From Azolla caroliniana (Eukaryota > Plantae > Polypodiophyta): a stretch of DNA of 64,000 nucleotides. The stretch is from positions 35,526,001-35,590,000 of the forward strand of contig JBHGNT010000001.1 in assembly GCA_043228905.1 (NCBI GenBank), given 5' to 3'. Position 1 is the first letter of the stretch, and every line of letters begins with the position of its first letter. Both the position numbers and the translations under genes were made by a program. Below, in pieces: positions 50,503-64,000 of this stretch. The notes below the pieces were generated by a model. It saw nothing but the letters and a program-made list of their open reading frames with translations. It was not told where the DNA came from and ran no database searches.

Positions 50503-53500
50503 GATAGTGTTCTTCAACTTCAACGTGCAAGTGTGCAACAAGGTATCATCTGTGATGATTGTGAAATTTGTGGAAAGAACTTGTGAAAGTCATTAGAGAC
50601 CGGACCATAGATTAGGGTAGTTAATATGGCTTTTATGTCATATGCATAATAACTATTTACAAAAGGGGAAGTATCTTCTATGTGTTAGTCAAGAAATTGA
50701 TGAAATCTTTGTTAACCAGTTGCTCCAGCATATATATGTTTTTGCTTTACAGTGAGGTTATGATGTCTGGGACTGCAAATGAACATTAACATGAAAGTGT
50801 GTAACGAGGTATTGTCAATGGTGATTGTGAATATGGTGGAAAGAACGAATGAAAGGCATTAGAGGCACAACTATTGATTAGAACAGTTGATATGGTGATT
50901 ATATAACATAGATATTAACAATCTCTAAAAGTGAATTACCGTCTATGGATCGATCAAACAATTGACTAAATCTTTTTTGTGCTGCTCCTCCATATTTATG
51001 TTCTTTCTTCATAATGACGTTATGGTTTTGTACAAGGTGGCTCTTATGGTCATGAGGTTAACCATGCTTCGTCTTTCTGCATTGGAACAGTCTATTTGGA
51101 ATGTGCCAACGTAGAAGCAATGGGTAACCTCCATGTTGCTGAGATGGAGTTGAACCTCTTAATGATGCACACATTTTGTTCCCATTACAAAAACAAATTA
51201 GCTATGAATAGGCCAATTTGATCATTCAACATGTACCCCACCATTATGGGTTGACGAAATCTATGTCTTAGATGGAAGTACTCTAGACTAACTTGTTTAA
51301 GTTGTCAAAATCTATTGTCTTAGATGGAAATACTCAGGACTAACTTGTTTAAGAAGCTGGATAGTGTTCTTCAACTTCAACGTGCAAGTGTGCAACAAGG
51401 TATCATCTGTGATGATTGTGAAATTTGTGGAAAGAACTTGTGAAAGTCATTAGAGACCGGACCATAGATTAGGGTAGTTAATATGGCTTTTATGTCATAT
51501 GCATAATAACTATTTACAAAAGGGGAAGTATCTTCTATGTGTTAGTCAAGAAATTGATGAAATCTTTGTTAACCAGTTGCTCCAGCATATATATGTTTTT
51601 GCTTTACAGTGAGGTTATGATGTCTGGGACTGCAAATGAACATTAACATGAAAGTGTGTAACGAGGTATTGTCAATGGTGATTGTGAATATGGTGGAAAG
51701 AACGAATGAAAGGCATTAGAGGCACAACTATTGATTAGAACAGTTGATATGGTGATTATATAACATAGATATTAACAATCTCTAAAAGTGAATTACCGTC
51801 TATGGATCGATCAAACAATTGACTAAATCTTTTTTGTGCTGCTCCTCCATATTTATGTTCTTTCTTCATAATGACGTTATGGTTTTGTACAAGGTGGCTC
51901 TTATGGTCATGAGGTTAACCATGCTTCGTCTTTCTGCATTGGAACAGTCTATTTGGAATGTGCCAACGTAGAAGCAATGGGTAACCTCCATGTTGCTGAG
52001 ATGGAGTTGAACCTCTTAATGATGCACACATTTTGTTCCCATTACAAAAACAAATTAGCTATGAATAGGCCAATTTGATCATTCAACATGTACCCCACCA
52101 TTATGGGTTGACGAAATCTATGTCTTAGATGGAAGTACTCTAGACTAACTTGTTTAAGTTGTCAAAATCTATTGTCTTAGATGGAAATACTCAGGACTAA
52201 CTTGTTTAAGAAGCTGGATAGTGTTCTTCAACTTCAACGTGCAAGTGTGCAACAAGGTATCATCTGTGATGATTGTGAAATTTGTGGAAAGAACTTGTGA
52301 AAGTCATTAGAGACCGGACCATAGATTAGGGTAGTTAATATGGCTTTTATGTCATATGCATAATAACTATTTACAAAAGGGGAAGTATCTTCTATGTGTT
52401 AGTCAAGAAATTGATGAAATCTTTGTTAACCAGTTGCTCCAGCATATATATGTTTTTGCTTTACAGTGAGGTTATGATGTCTGGGACTGCAAATGAACAT
52501 TAACATGAAAGTGTGTAACGAGGTATTGTCAATGGTGATTGTGAATATGGTGGAAAGAACGAATGAAAGGCATTAGAGGCACAACTATTGATTAGAACAG
52601 TTGATATGGTGATTATATAACATAGATATTAACAATCTCTAAAAGTGAATTACCGTCTATGGATCGATCAAACAATTGACTAAATCTTTTTTGTGCTGCT
52701 CCTCCATATTTATGTTCTTTCTTCATAATGACGTTATGGTTTTGTACAAGGTGGCTCTTATGGTCATGAGGTTAACCATGCTTCGTCTTTCTGCATTGGA
52801 ACAGTCTATTTGGAATGTGCCAACGTAGAAGCAATGGGTAACCTCCATGTTGCTGAGATGGAGTTGAACCTCTTAATGATGCACACATTTTGTTCCCATT
52901 ACAAAAACAAATTAGCTATGAATAGGCCAATTTGATCATTCAACATGTACCCCACCATTATGGGTTGACGAAATCTATGTCTTAGATGGAAGTACTCTAG
53001 ACTAACTTGTTTAAGTTGTCAAAATCTATTGTCTTAGATGGAAATACTCAGGACTAACTTGTTTAAGAAGCTGGATAGTGTTCTTCAACTTCAACGTGCA
53101 AGTGTGCAACAAGGTATCATCTGTGATGATTGTGAAATTTGTGGAAAGAACTTGTGAAAGTCATTAGAGACCGGACCATAGATTAGGGTAGTTAATATGG
53201 CTTTTATGTCATATGCATAATAACTATTTACAAAAGGGGAAGTATCTTCTATGTGTTAGTCAAGAAATTGATGAAATCTTTGTTAACCAGTTGCTCCAGC
53301 ATATATATGTTTTTGCTTTACAGTGAGGTTATGATGTCTGGGACTGCAAATGAACATTAACATGAAAGTGTGTAACGAGGTATTGTCAATGGTGATTGTG
53401 AATATGGTGGAAAGAACGAATGAAAGGCATTAGAGGCACAACTATTGATTAGAACAGTTGATATGGTGATTATATAACATAGATATTAACAATCTCTAAA

Positions 53501-56500
53501 AGTGAATTACCGTCTATGGATCGATCAAACAATTGACTAAATCTTTTTTGTGCTGCTCCTCCATATTTATGTTCTTTCTTCATAATGACGTTATGGTTTT
53601 GTACAAGGTGGCTCTTATGGTCATGAGGTTAACCATGCTTCGTCTTTCTGCATTGGAACAGTCTATTTGGAATGTGCCAACGTAGAAGCAATGGGTAACC
53701 TCCATGTTGCTGAGATGGAGTTGAACCTCTTAATGATGCACACATTTTGTTCCCATTACAAAAACAAATTAGCTATGAATAGGCCAATTTGATCATTCAA
53801 CATGTACCCCACCATTATGGGTTGACGAAATCTATGTCTTAGATGGAAGTACTCTAGACTAACTTGTTTAAGTTGTCAAAATCTATTGTCTTAGATGGAA
53901 ATACTCAGGACTAACTTGTTTAAGAAGCTGGATAGTGTTCTTCAACTTCAACGTGCAAGTGTGCAACAAGGTATCATCTGTGATGATTGTGAAATTTGTG
54001 GAAAGAACTTGTGAAAGTCATTAGAGACCGGACCATAGATTAGGGTAGTTAATATGGCTTTTATGTCATATGCATAATAACTATTTACAAAAGGGGAAGT
54101 ATCTTCTATGTGTTAGTCAAGAAATTGATGAAATCTTTGTTAACCAGTTGCTCCAGCATATATATGTTTTTGCTTTACAGTGAGGTTATGATGTCTGGGA
54201 CTGCAAATGAACATTAACATGAAAGTGTGTAACGAGGTATTGTCAATGGTGATTGTGAATATGGTGGAAAGAACGAATGAAAGGCATTAGAGGCACAACT
54301 ATTGATTAGAACAGTTGATATGGTGATTATATAACATAGATATTAACAATCTCTAAAAGTGAATTACCGTCTATGGATCGATCAAACAATTGACTAAATC
54401 TTTTTTGTGCTGCTCCTCCATATTTATGTTCTTTCTTCATAATGACGTTATGGTTTTGTACAAGGTGGCTCTTATGGTCATGAGGTTAACCATGCTTCGT
54501 CTTTCTGCATTGGAACAGTCTATTTGGAATGTGCCAACGTAGAAGCAATGGGTAACCTCCATGTTGCTGAGATGGAGTTGAACCTCTTAATGATGCACAC
54601 ATTTTGTTCCCATTACAAAAACAAATTAGCTATGAATAGGCCAATTTGATCATTCAACATGTACCCCACCATTATGGGTTGACGAAATCTATGTCTTAGA
54701 TGGAAGTACTCTAGACTAACTTGTTTAAGTTGTCAAAATCTATTGTCTTAGATGGAAATACTCAGGACTAACTTGTTTAAGAAGCTGGATAGTGTTCTTC
54801 AACTTCAACGTGCAAGTGTGCAACAAGGTATCATCTGTGATGATTGTGAAATTTGTGGAAAGAACTTGTGAAAGTCATTAGAGACCGGACCATAGATTAG
54901 GGTAGTTAATATGGCTTTTATGTCATATGCATAATAACTATTTACAAAAGGGGAAGTATCTTCTATGTGTTAGTCAAGAAATTGATGAAATCTTTGTTAA
55001 CCAGTTGCTCCAGCATATATATGTTTTTGCTTTACAGTGAGGTTATGATGTCTGGGACTGCAAATGAACATTAACATGAAAGTGTGTAACGAGGTATTGT
55101 CAATGGTGATTGTGAATATGGTGGAAAGAACGAATGAAAGGCATTAGAGGCACAACTATTGATTAGAACAGTTGATATGGTGATTATATAACATAGATAT
55201 TAACAATCTCTAAAAGTGAATTACCGTCTATGGATCGATCAAACAATTGACTAAATCTTTTTTGTGCTGCTCCTCCATATTTATGTTCTTTCTTCATAAT
55301 GACGTTATGGTTTTGTACAAGGTGGCTCTTATGGTCATGAGGTTAACCATGCTTCGTCTTTCTGCATTGGAACAGTCTATTTGGAATGTGCCAACGTAGA
55401 AGCAATGGGTAACCTCCATGTTGCTGAGATGGAGTTGAACCTCTTAATGATGCACACATTTTGTTCCCATTACAAAAACAAATTAGCTATGAATAGGCCA
55501 ATTTGATCATTCAACATGTACCCCACCATTATGGGTTGACGAAATCTATGTCTTAGATGGAAGTACTCTAGACTAACTTGTTTAAGTTGTCAAAATCTAT
55601 TGTCTTAGATGGAAATACTCAGGACTAACTTGTTTAAGAAGCTGGATAGTGTTCTTCAACTTCAACGTGCAAGTGTGCAACAAGGTATCATCTGTGATGA
55701 TTGTGAAATTTGTGGAAAGAACTTGTGAAAGTCATTAGAGACCGGACCATAGATTAGGGTAGTTAATATGGCTTTTATGTCATATGCATAATAACTATTT
55801 ACAAAAGGGGAAGTATCTTCTATGTGTTAGTCAAGAAATTGATGAAATCTTTGTTAACCAGTTGCTCCAGCATATATATGTTTTTGCTTTACAGTGAGGT
55901 TATGATGTCTGGGACTGCAAATGAACATTAACATGAAAGTGTGTAACGAGGTATTGTCAATGGTGATTGTGAATATGGTGGAAAGAACGAATGAAAGGCA
56001 TTAGAGGCACAACTATTGATTAGAACAGTTGATATGGTGATTATATAACATAGATATTAACAATCTCTAAAAGTGAATTACCGTCTATGGATCGATCAAA
56101 CAATTGACTAAATCTTTTTTGTGCTGCTCCTCCATATTTATGTTCTTTCTTCATAATGACGTTATGGTTTTGTACAAGGTGGCTCTTATGGTCATGAGGT
56201 TAACCATGCTTCGTCTTTCTGCATTGGAACAGTCTATTTGGAATGTGCCAACGTAGAAGCAATGGGTAACCTCCATGTTGCTGAGATGGAGTTGAACCTC
56301 TTAATGATGCACACATTTTGTTCCCATTACAAAAACAAATTAGCTATGAATAGGCCAATTTGATCATTCAACATGTACCCCACCATTATGGGTTGACGAA
56401 ATCTATGTCTTAGATGGAAGTACTCTAGACTAACTTGTTTAAGTTGTCAAAATCTATTGTCTTAGATGGAAATACTCAGGACTAACTTGTTTAAGAAGCT

Positions 56501-56502
56501 GG
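50503..56502. repeat. Tandem array of seven complete 857-bp units, non-coding
   Basis: The unit start gatagtgttcttcaacttcaacg occurs at 50503, 51360, 52217, 53074, 53931, 54788 and 55645. The ORF track shows no ORF of 60 aa or more here. Confidence 0.98.
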
Positions 56503-57713
56503 CACGAAAGCAATGAAGAGAAAAAAGGAACATACCACATCTCTTTTTAGAACGAGGATTGAATTTCCTAAGATTGTGTTGACAACATTTTGTTATCATT
56601 GTAAACCCATAGGAACACATCATGTATATGCATGCATCTGAATTCTACACCAAATCTCGATAGTTTCATTGCAAACGTTATAAGAATGTTGTTGGGCATA
56701 GATATGTGAACCGAAGATATTTATAGGAGGCAACATGAGCCAAACAATGTCCTTTGATGTCTCTTTTTAGCTTGTCTGTTCCATTCAAATTGAATGAATA
56801 TACGAATATTAAATATTCTTTGTGTGTCATCGTTTGTATTTAAATAATGCAAATGTTGGTTGAGGTTGTTATTATACTGATAACACCATTCATTTAGTGA
56901 CCTAGTATATACATTTAGATTGCAAAAAGTCGGGATATTTTGTGTTACATAAACATTGTATCACTAATTTTCATATTAAAGTTGTATACATCATCTTAGT
57001 GCTAAGGCAACAAATAAATCTACTTAGTTTTAAGATCAACCAAATCATTATGTGTTATGTTGTTGCAACCATGCATATTTACATATCCCTCAATACATCT
57101 TCCACACCTCACGTCACACGTGCTAGAGACTTTCTAGCTGTCCAAACCTTCTTTGGGCAGTGAGATACTTGGTTTTGGACTCAAGGGAGTATTTGTAGAT
57201 GTGTGGTGAAAGTTGCTTTTCCCTTTAGATCAACCATGGTGTAGTGTATTGCTCTCATCGGTGTTTTCGACGGAAGCAATGCAATTTGTATAATATTTTC
57301 ATGGGGGAGTTCTGATGGGTCTTGTCGGTAGAGGTAACGAGACTTCTGGACTAATCTTGTTGGGCGGTGTGGCATGTTTGGTAGGAACAAACAAACAAAC
57401 AAATCGAGAGCGAGAACCCATGGGAAGTATGGAACATGTTTGTCACTTGATATATGTATAGTGTACATATAGCGAAGGCAAGGCATACATATATATGTAA
57501 ATTTGTAATAATGTATGTATGTATATGATTTTAAGCGACATATGTATTTTGTATGTAGCTACATTTGTATGTTTTTGTTTCCTTGTAAAACAGAAATAGA
57601 GTGCCTCTCTCTCTCTGTCACACACACACACTCTACATAGATCCGATCTGCAGAGCCCCCCTCCCTCCTCGGTTCCCCTTCTCTGCAGCTCCCAGGCTGT
57701 TAATCACTCGGAT

Positions 57714-60700
57714 ATGGCGCTTGCTCAGCCTGCCATGAAGAAAGAAGACGATCGTGAAGACGAAGGTACGTTCTTCATTCCTCAGCAGTCAGATCCACTC
57801 AGATCTTCACTAAGAATGCTTCCCCTTTGTCGGGTGCACTTGTTTTCTCTTCTTCATCTTGCAATGAACTGAAACTCAAATCCTATCTAATTTCTGTCTC
57901 ACAGAGGAGTACTCACCCTTCCTGGGGCTAGAAAAGGGCGCTGTCCTGCAAGAAGCTCGAGTTTTCCACGATCCGCATGTCGATGCCAGGCGTTGCGCAC
58001 AGGTGGGGATCTGTCTCGTCACATCAACTTTAAAAAGATGCTTTTGAGCATCTGATCTGCTAATCATTTTCTTTCTCAGGTCATCACCAAGCTTCTCTAC
58101 CTCCTCAACCAAGGTGAAGCTTTCACAAAGGTAGCTGCATTTTGTTTTTCTTGTTATTTTGCTTTACTTGGACTACTCTGGATGCCTGATCGGTCTGTAA
58201 TTGCTCATTGAATTCGACATTTACTATCAATTACCACCTTACTAGTACACCACACTGCACTTATTACTACATTTATATTCTGCTCGACATCGAGCATTGG
58301 GATGGTAGCCTTGAACGATATTCTTTTCTTTATTTCTCTCCTTTTACTTCCTTGTAGGTGGAGGCAACCGAAGTTTTCTTTGCAGTCACTAAGCTTTTTC
58401 AGTCTAAGGACGTCTCTCTTCGCAGAATGGTCTATTTGATCATCAAGGAGCTGTCACCATCATCTGATGAGGTCATAAACGTGCTGCCGAATATTACAAT
58501 TTTGGAGATGAAGTTTTAAATGAAAGATCTGTCATTCTCATCTGCTTAAAACATGACCGCCGTTTTACAATATAGCGCAGGTCATAATTGTTACTAGTTC
58601 TCTAATGAAAGACATGAACAGCAAGATGGATCTCTATCGTGCCAATGCCATAAGGGTACTTTGCAGAATCACTGATGGAGGATTGCTAGGCCAGATAGAA
58701 CGCTACATTAAACAAGCTCTTGTGGACAAGAATCCTGTTGTTGCTAGTGCTGCACTTGTTAGTGGTATTCATTTGCTTCAGGTATTCATATAATAATGGA
58801 AATTGAATTCTGGTGGTTAAATGAAATATACTCATATTTTTTGACCATGGTGATCTTCTGTCTTGCCTCTTTTAATGACAGACCAATTCAGAGATAGTGA
58901 AGCGTTGGAGTAATGAAGTACAGGAAGCAATCCAATCTAGGGCACCATTGGTGCAGTTCCATGCCCTTGCTTTGCTACATCAGGTTTGTGTGATGAATAG
59001 ACGTGTAATGGGTATGGATCCTCCAGAGTATTTTATACATTGCAATGCTTCTCCTTAAACTTAAGGCTTTGTTTACACTCTCGGCAGATACGCCAAAATG
59101 ATCGATTGGCAGTGAGCAAACTTGTAACAAGCCTCACACGTGGATCTGTTCGTTCTCCTTTAGCTCAATGTCTTTTGGTTAGATATACAAGCCGGGTACG
59201 AAGTACACAAACTCAACACTCTACCATACTGTCCTAACCCTTTCATTTTGGGAGACCTAACTTGTTTCTTTCTCCAAAGGTGATTAAAGAGACAGCCTCG
59301 TCCAATCAAACAGGGGACCGTCCTTTTTATGATTATTTAGAGAGCTGCTTGCGTCACAAAAATGAAATGGTAATATTAGAGGCTGCCCGAGCAATCACAG
59401 AGTTGAATGCTGTTACTAGTAAGGAGTTGAATCCAGCAATTACCGTCCTTCAGTTGTTCTTGAGCTCCTCTAAACCAGTTCTGCGCTTTGCTGCCGTTCG
59501 GACATTAAACAAAGTACAAATTTGCTTTGATTTTATCCATATTGCTCCTTGATCTTTAGACATACTCACCTTTACACCCATCTATCTGCAGGTAGCCATG
59601 ACACATCCGTTGGCAGTGGCAAATTGTAATATCGATATGGAAAGCTTGATTTCTGATCAAAATCGTAGCATTGCCACCCTTGCTATAACCACACTTTTGA
59701 AGACTGGTAATGAGTCTAGTGTAGACCGGCTAATGAAACAGATCACCAATTTTATGTCTGACATAGCTGACGAATTCAAGATTGTTGTTGTTGAGGCCAT
59801 CCGATCGTTATGCTTGAAGTTTCCACAGAAATATCGGACATTGTAAGTAATTATGTTCATATATTGTCACATATAGCTGCATGATGCACATGTACTAAAT
59901 GTACGTAAAAATCTTGTTGCATGATATTTACAACAAGCACATTTTATCCTGACATATGCCCATACATCAGTATTGCTGACACATGTTATGTTGTGATATC
60001 ATTCTATTAGGCTACTTTATATGGTTATTTGTATGTATATTATGTTTCTGCGCGACAGTCATGCTTTCTTGGTAATATATCTGAAAGGGCAGCATCGAAG
60101 GCTATTAGAATAACCCTTGTAATTGGACGCTAGAACATATGATTGTAAGGGGGCTAGGATTTTCTATCAAGGGAGTCCTAATTCTTAGATTCTTTAGCTT
60201 ACCCAAAGGGACGGACTAATGTGAGGTTGAAAGGTTCGTTGGGGGAAGGAAAGAAGCAAGCGATGACTTGCTCTTCTTTACCCGTGCCTCTTATCTTAAA
60301 GGGAAGCAACCTTTACTTAGGCGGGTTACTTAGATTACATAGTCAATAATTTTGTCTTTTCTTGGTATTGAAATTCTTTTTGAAAGGAAGATAGAGCCAC
60401 TCTCGGCTCAGCATGAGTGCACATTTTGAACATGTGCTGTTGAGAGAAATTTATGACTATTGACTGTGGATGGCATTTGATCAGTATTGTATTGAGGATC
60501 GTTATGATTGTTGATGCATCAAGTAGCGACTTGTGCACTCATGGTTTTTGAGAGAGATGCTATGCCATAACGTTTTTGAGATTTTTGTTTGGATAGGTTT
60601 GCAAAACACATTGCATCAAGAGACTAGGTTTAAGATGAAACTAACCCCTAAATAGCATATACATGTATGTGAACCCTTCTCAAATCCCATAGGGCTGTTG

Positions 60701-63700
60701 CATATTTCAGCTCTTTCATAGATGCCTCTAGCAGCTTAGCTGATGCCAAAACTCCACGTATTTTTAATGAGACAGCTTTTAAACTAGAAAGTTGACACAT
60801 GGTATCATTTAAATTTTAATGGAACACCTCGTCAACTGACATTACCACGAGAGAATTTTACAACAGAATGGAAGGCCTTAGTGTATTCAAGATTGCATCG
60901 AATGTCTGATCTTATCAAGATATAGGAATCTCTAGTTATTTCTATGATTCAAACACAATTTGTATAAAGTTGAGATTTTCGTGGAGTTTACTACTGGAGG
61001 TATGCATGCCTTAAACAAATAAGGATGTGATAAAAACAAGTCTCCATCTGAAATTGGGAAGGATTATTGTTCCTTTTTGAATCCTTCCCAATTTCAGATG
61101 GAGACTTGTTTTTATCACATCCTTATTTGTTTAAGCACAGTTTTACCACATATTCTACATGTTAATGGGTTTGCAGCTTGATCCCGAACTTCTGAATTTT
61201 AGGTTATAGTTAATTCCCCATGTCTATAACCAGGGCCGTAGTTCTTTCCATCTGCCCATTTGTGTTTGACAATGACCATGATATGCATGGGCCCATCAAC
61301 ACATTAATGGCTGAATCAATATGCACAACAAATAAATTAAATCAATTGCTAAAATCCTTCATTTAAACAATTCTCTGTCATGCACAGGATGAATTTTCTC
61401 AGCAATATCCTGAGGGAAGAAGGGGGATTTGAGTATAAAAAAGCCATTGTAGATTCCATTTTAATCCTTGTAAAGCAAATTCCTGATGCGAAGGACAGTG
61501 GACTCTCTCACTTGTGTGAATTTATTGAGGACTGTGAGTTCTCTTATCTTTCAACGCAGGTATTGTCTTGTTTGGTTAGACACCTGAGTTGCAATCTGTC
61601 TCCTTATCAAAATTAAAGCTATTAAGTTTTTTACACTGTGGAAACATTTCAGATCTTGCATTTTTTGGGAAATGAGGGACCCAAATCTGTTGATCCCAGC
61701 AAGTATATTCGATATATCCACAACCGTGTCATTCTTGAAAATGCAACTGTAAGGGCTAGCGCTGTTAGTGCGTTGGCAAAATTTGGTGCTCTTGTGGAAT
61801 CTTTGAAGGTAAAATGAGTGTTTGACATTAATTTTATTAATTTTTTTCTTCAAAATTTTTTCACATTTCTTCCACTTTTTCTAGATAACTGTTTTCACTC
61901 TCAAATATTGCTGAATTTATTGTGATTGTTCAGCCTCGTATATTGGTGCTGCTTAGACGGTGTCTTTATGACAACGATGATGAGGTGTGTTTGCTAAATG
62001 ATCCATCTCTTGGACATGAATATGTCTCTATGCATTCATCATTCGTTATTTGAGATTGATAAATTTAAATTTAGACATTTTTACTGAATAGGTTCGTGAT
62101 CGGGCCACTCTCTACTTGACTGCTCTTGGAGAAGGTAGTCATGGAGAAAACATTGAGGATTTTGTGTTTGGAACATTGGATATTCCTTTGTCAAACTTGG
62201 AGAATAGTTTACAAGCTTATGTAAGCATCTATCAAGTTCTCCTGTAGATATATTTTATCAGTATGTTTCTCCTTAATTTATGGTGATTCTAACAGGAGCC
62301 TTCTGAAGTACCATTTGATTTATCGAGGGTGCCAAGGGATGTAAAATCTCAGGCATTTACAGAAAAGAAGGCACCAGGTCCAAGGAAACCTGCAAAAGAT
62401 TCAACTTTGCCTTCTGCTGCTGTTAATGAGCCAGCAACGAGATCAGATGATGGATATGAGAAGCTGTTGAGCTCTGTCCCAGAATTTTCAGGATTTGGAA
62501 AACTTTTCAAGGTCTGCTTTACATATCAGCTCTCTTAGAAACATTGTCTAAAGATCTGCATATATCCAGGAGGCCGTGTTTTATATTTCACTTTCATCAT
62601 TAAAAATTGCAGTCATCGTCTCCCGTGGAGCTTACAGAGGAGACAGAGTATGAAGTAAATGTGGTCAAGCATATTTATCCTGCACATATTGTGCTGCAAT
62701 TCAACTGCACAAATACAATCCCAGAACAACTTCTTGAGAATGTACATATCTGTTGCTTGAATTACTTGGTCTTGAGTTTTCATCATGTTCTCTGCCAATA
62801 CTTACAGTTTTGGAGACATTGGTTTTCAGGTTAGCATTCTTGTTGATGTTATAGAGGGAGATGATTTCAAAGAAGTGACATCTAAGGTTCTCCCATCATT
62901 GCCATACAATTCACCTGGTCAGGCTTTTGTAGCATTTGAAAAGCCAGATGGCATCTTTTTATCTGGGAAGTTCGCCAATACTATGCGGTTCATAGTAAAG
63001 GAGGTGAATAGTAGCTTTGGTGCTGCGTACATTTGAACACATGTTCTATTAGGAACTGACTAAATTTTACAACATTGCAGGTGGATAAGGACACAGGAGA
63101 TGTTGAGGAAGAAGGAATGGATGATGAATACCAGTTGGAAGAACTTGAGGTAATGAAAACATTCATAATGAGTATGTTGAAGTATTTAAACATTTATATA
63201 CATGAACTATCTAATGTTTGTACTTCTGGATTTTCTCTTCAGATTACACCAGCAGATTACTTTTCGAAGAAAGCTGTAACAAACTTCAAAAATGGATGGG
63301 AATCTCTTGGATCCGAGTTTGAACGAGTGGATGAGTATGATCTTGGTGCAAAGGAGAGTTTGAATGAAGCAGTACAGGCTGTCATTAATATTTTTGGTTT
63401 GCAACCATGCGAGGTAATGTGTTGTGATGCCGGGTAGCAGATATTAGCCTGTAGTTCTTGTTTTCGATTAGCAGATATTAGCCTGAAGTTCTTGTTTTCG
63501 ATTAGCAGATATTAGCCTGTAGTTCTTGTTTTTGACACTGATTCGTCTTTTATATACTTCATATTATAGGGTACAGAGCTCGTTACTGCAAATGCGAGAT
63601 CACATACCTGCCTGTTGGCAGGCCAATTTATTGGTGATGTGAATGTCTTAGTCCGGTTATCATTCGGCATCGATTCCCAGAAACAGGTTGCCATGAAGCT

Positions 63701-63764
63701 TGCAGTTAGATCTGAAGATCAGTATGTTAGTGATGCCATCCATGAGATTATTGCCAATGCATAA
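57714..63764 (+). CDS. COPG: Coatomer subunit gamma (gamma-COP), ~19 exons
   Basis: [114 protein letters not shown] and MKLAVRSED...AIHEIIANA*. Confidence 0.97.
61010..61135. repeat. Perfect inverted repeat (56-bp arms, 14-nt loop) in a gamma-COP intron
   Basis: cttaaacaaataaggatgtgataaaaacaagtctccatctgaaattgggaaggatt (61010-61065) is the exact reverse complement of 61080-61135. Confidence 0.96.
63435..63534. repeat. 34-bp tandem repeat x3 in the last gamma-COP intron
   Basis: tagcagatattagcctgtagttcttgttttcgat at 63435, 63469 and 63503. Confidence 0.93.
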
Positions 63765-64000
63765 CTGCCTGCATGTAGTAGCCTAAATGGATTAGTTATT
63801 TCCATACATGTTATCACGAGGCTTCTAATTTGAAGCACAAATAAAGTTTTCTTTCTAGTGACCAGCTTGAGTTTGTAATATGTTCAAACCAATATTCGAA
63901 AGGTTTGATGTGATCTTGTGATTATATTTTTGCAATCTTAGTTACTCTTTCAGAAACAAGGATTTAAATTAAATGAGAAATTGTCCTTCAGAATGTTTAG

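Noticed and set aside
50503-56502. Array as CRISPR, rDNA or tandem gene cluster
   Set aside because: No repeat-spacer structure, no recognisable rRNA/5S/tRNA/snRNA motifs and no ORFs.
60111-60340. Possible solo LTR or MITE in the COPG intron (tgtaa...ttaca; taaccc...gggtta)
   Set aside because: Terminal matches are only 5-6 bp and there is no target-site duplication.

Overview
AT-rich, microsatellite-rich nuclear DNA from a land plant. The style of the intronless PLS-class PPR genes suggests a fern, but that is inference. Nine protein-coding genes are supported: exon 1 of a CCDC25/Jlp2-like gene (minus strand, runs off the left edge), a CMC1-like twin-Cx9C protein, two PLS-E PPR genes without a DYW domain, a phytolongin, a G-type lectin S-domain receptor kinase, an organellar monodehydroascorbate reductase, RPS13 and gamma-COP. 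Non-genic elements include a degenerate psbA plastid insertion, two truncated LINE remnants, a 313-bp Mutator-like MITE with a 9-bp TSD, two near-perfect hairpins, a tRNA-like Pol III element with LTR/PBS-like borders, several minisatellites, and a 6-kb array of seven apparently identical 857-bp units with internal higher-order structure. I see no clearly novel multi-gene system. The best leads are the 857-bp array, the tRNA-like mini element and the two hairpins. All alignments were done by eye.
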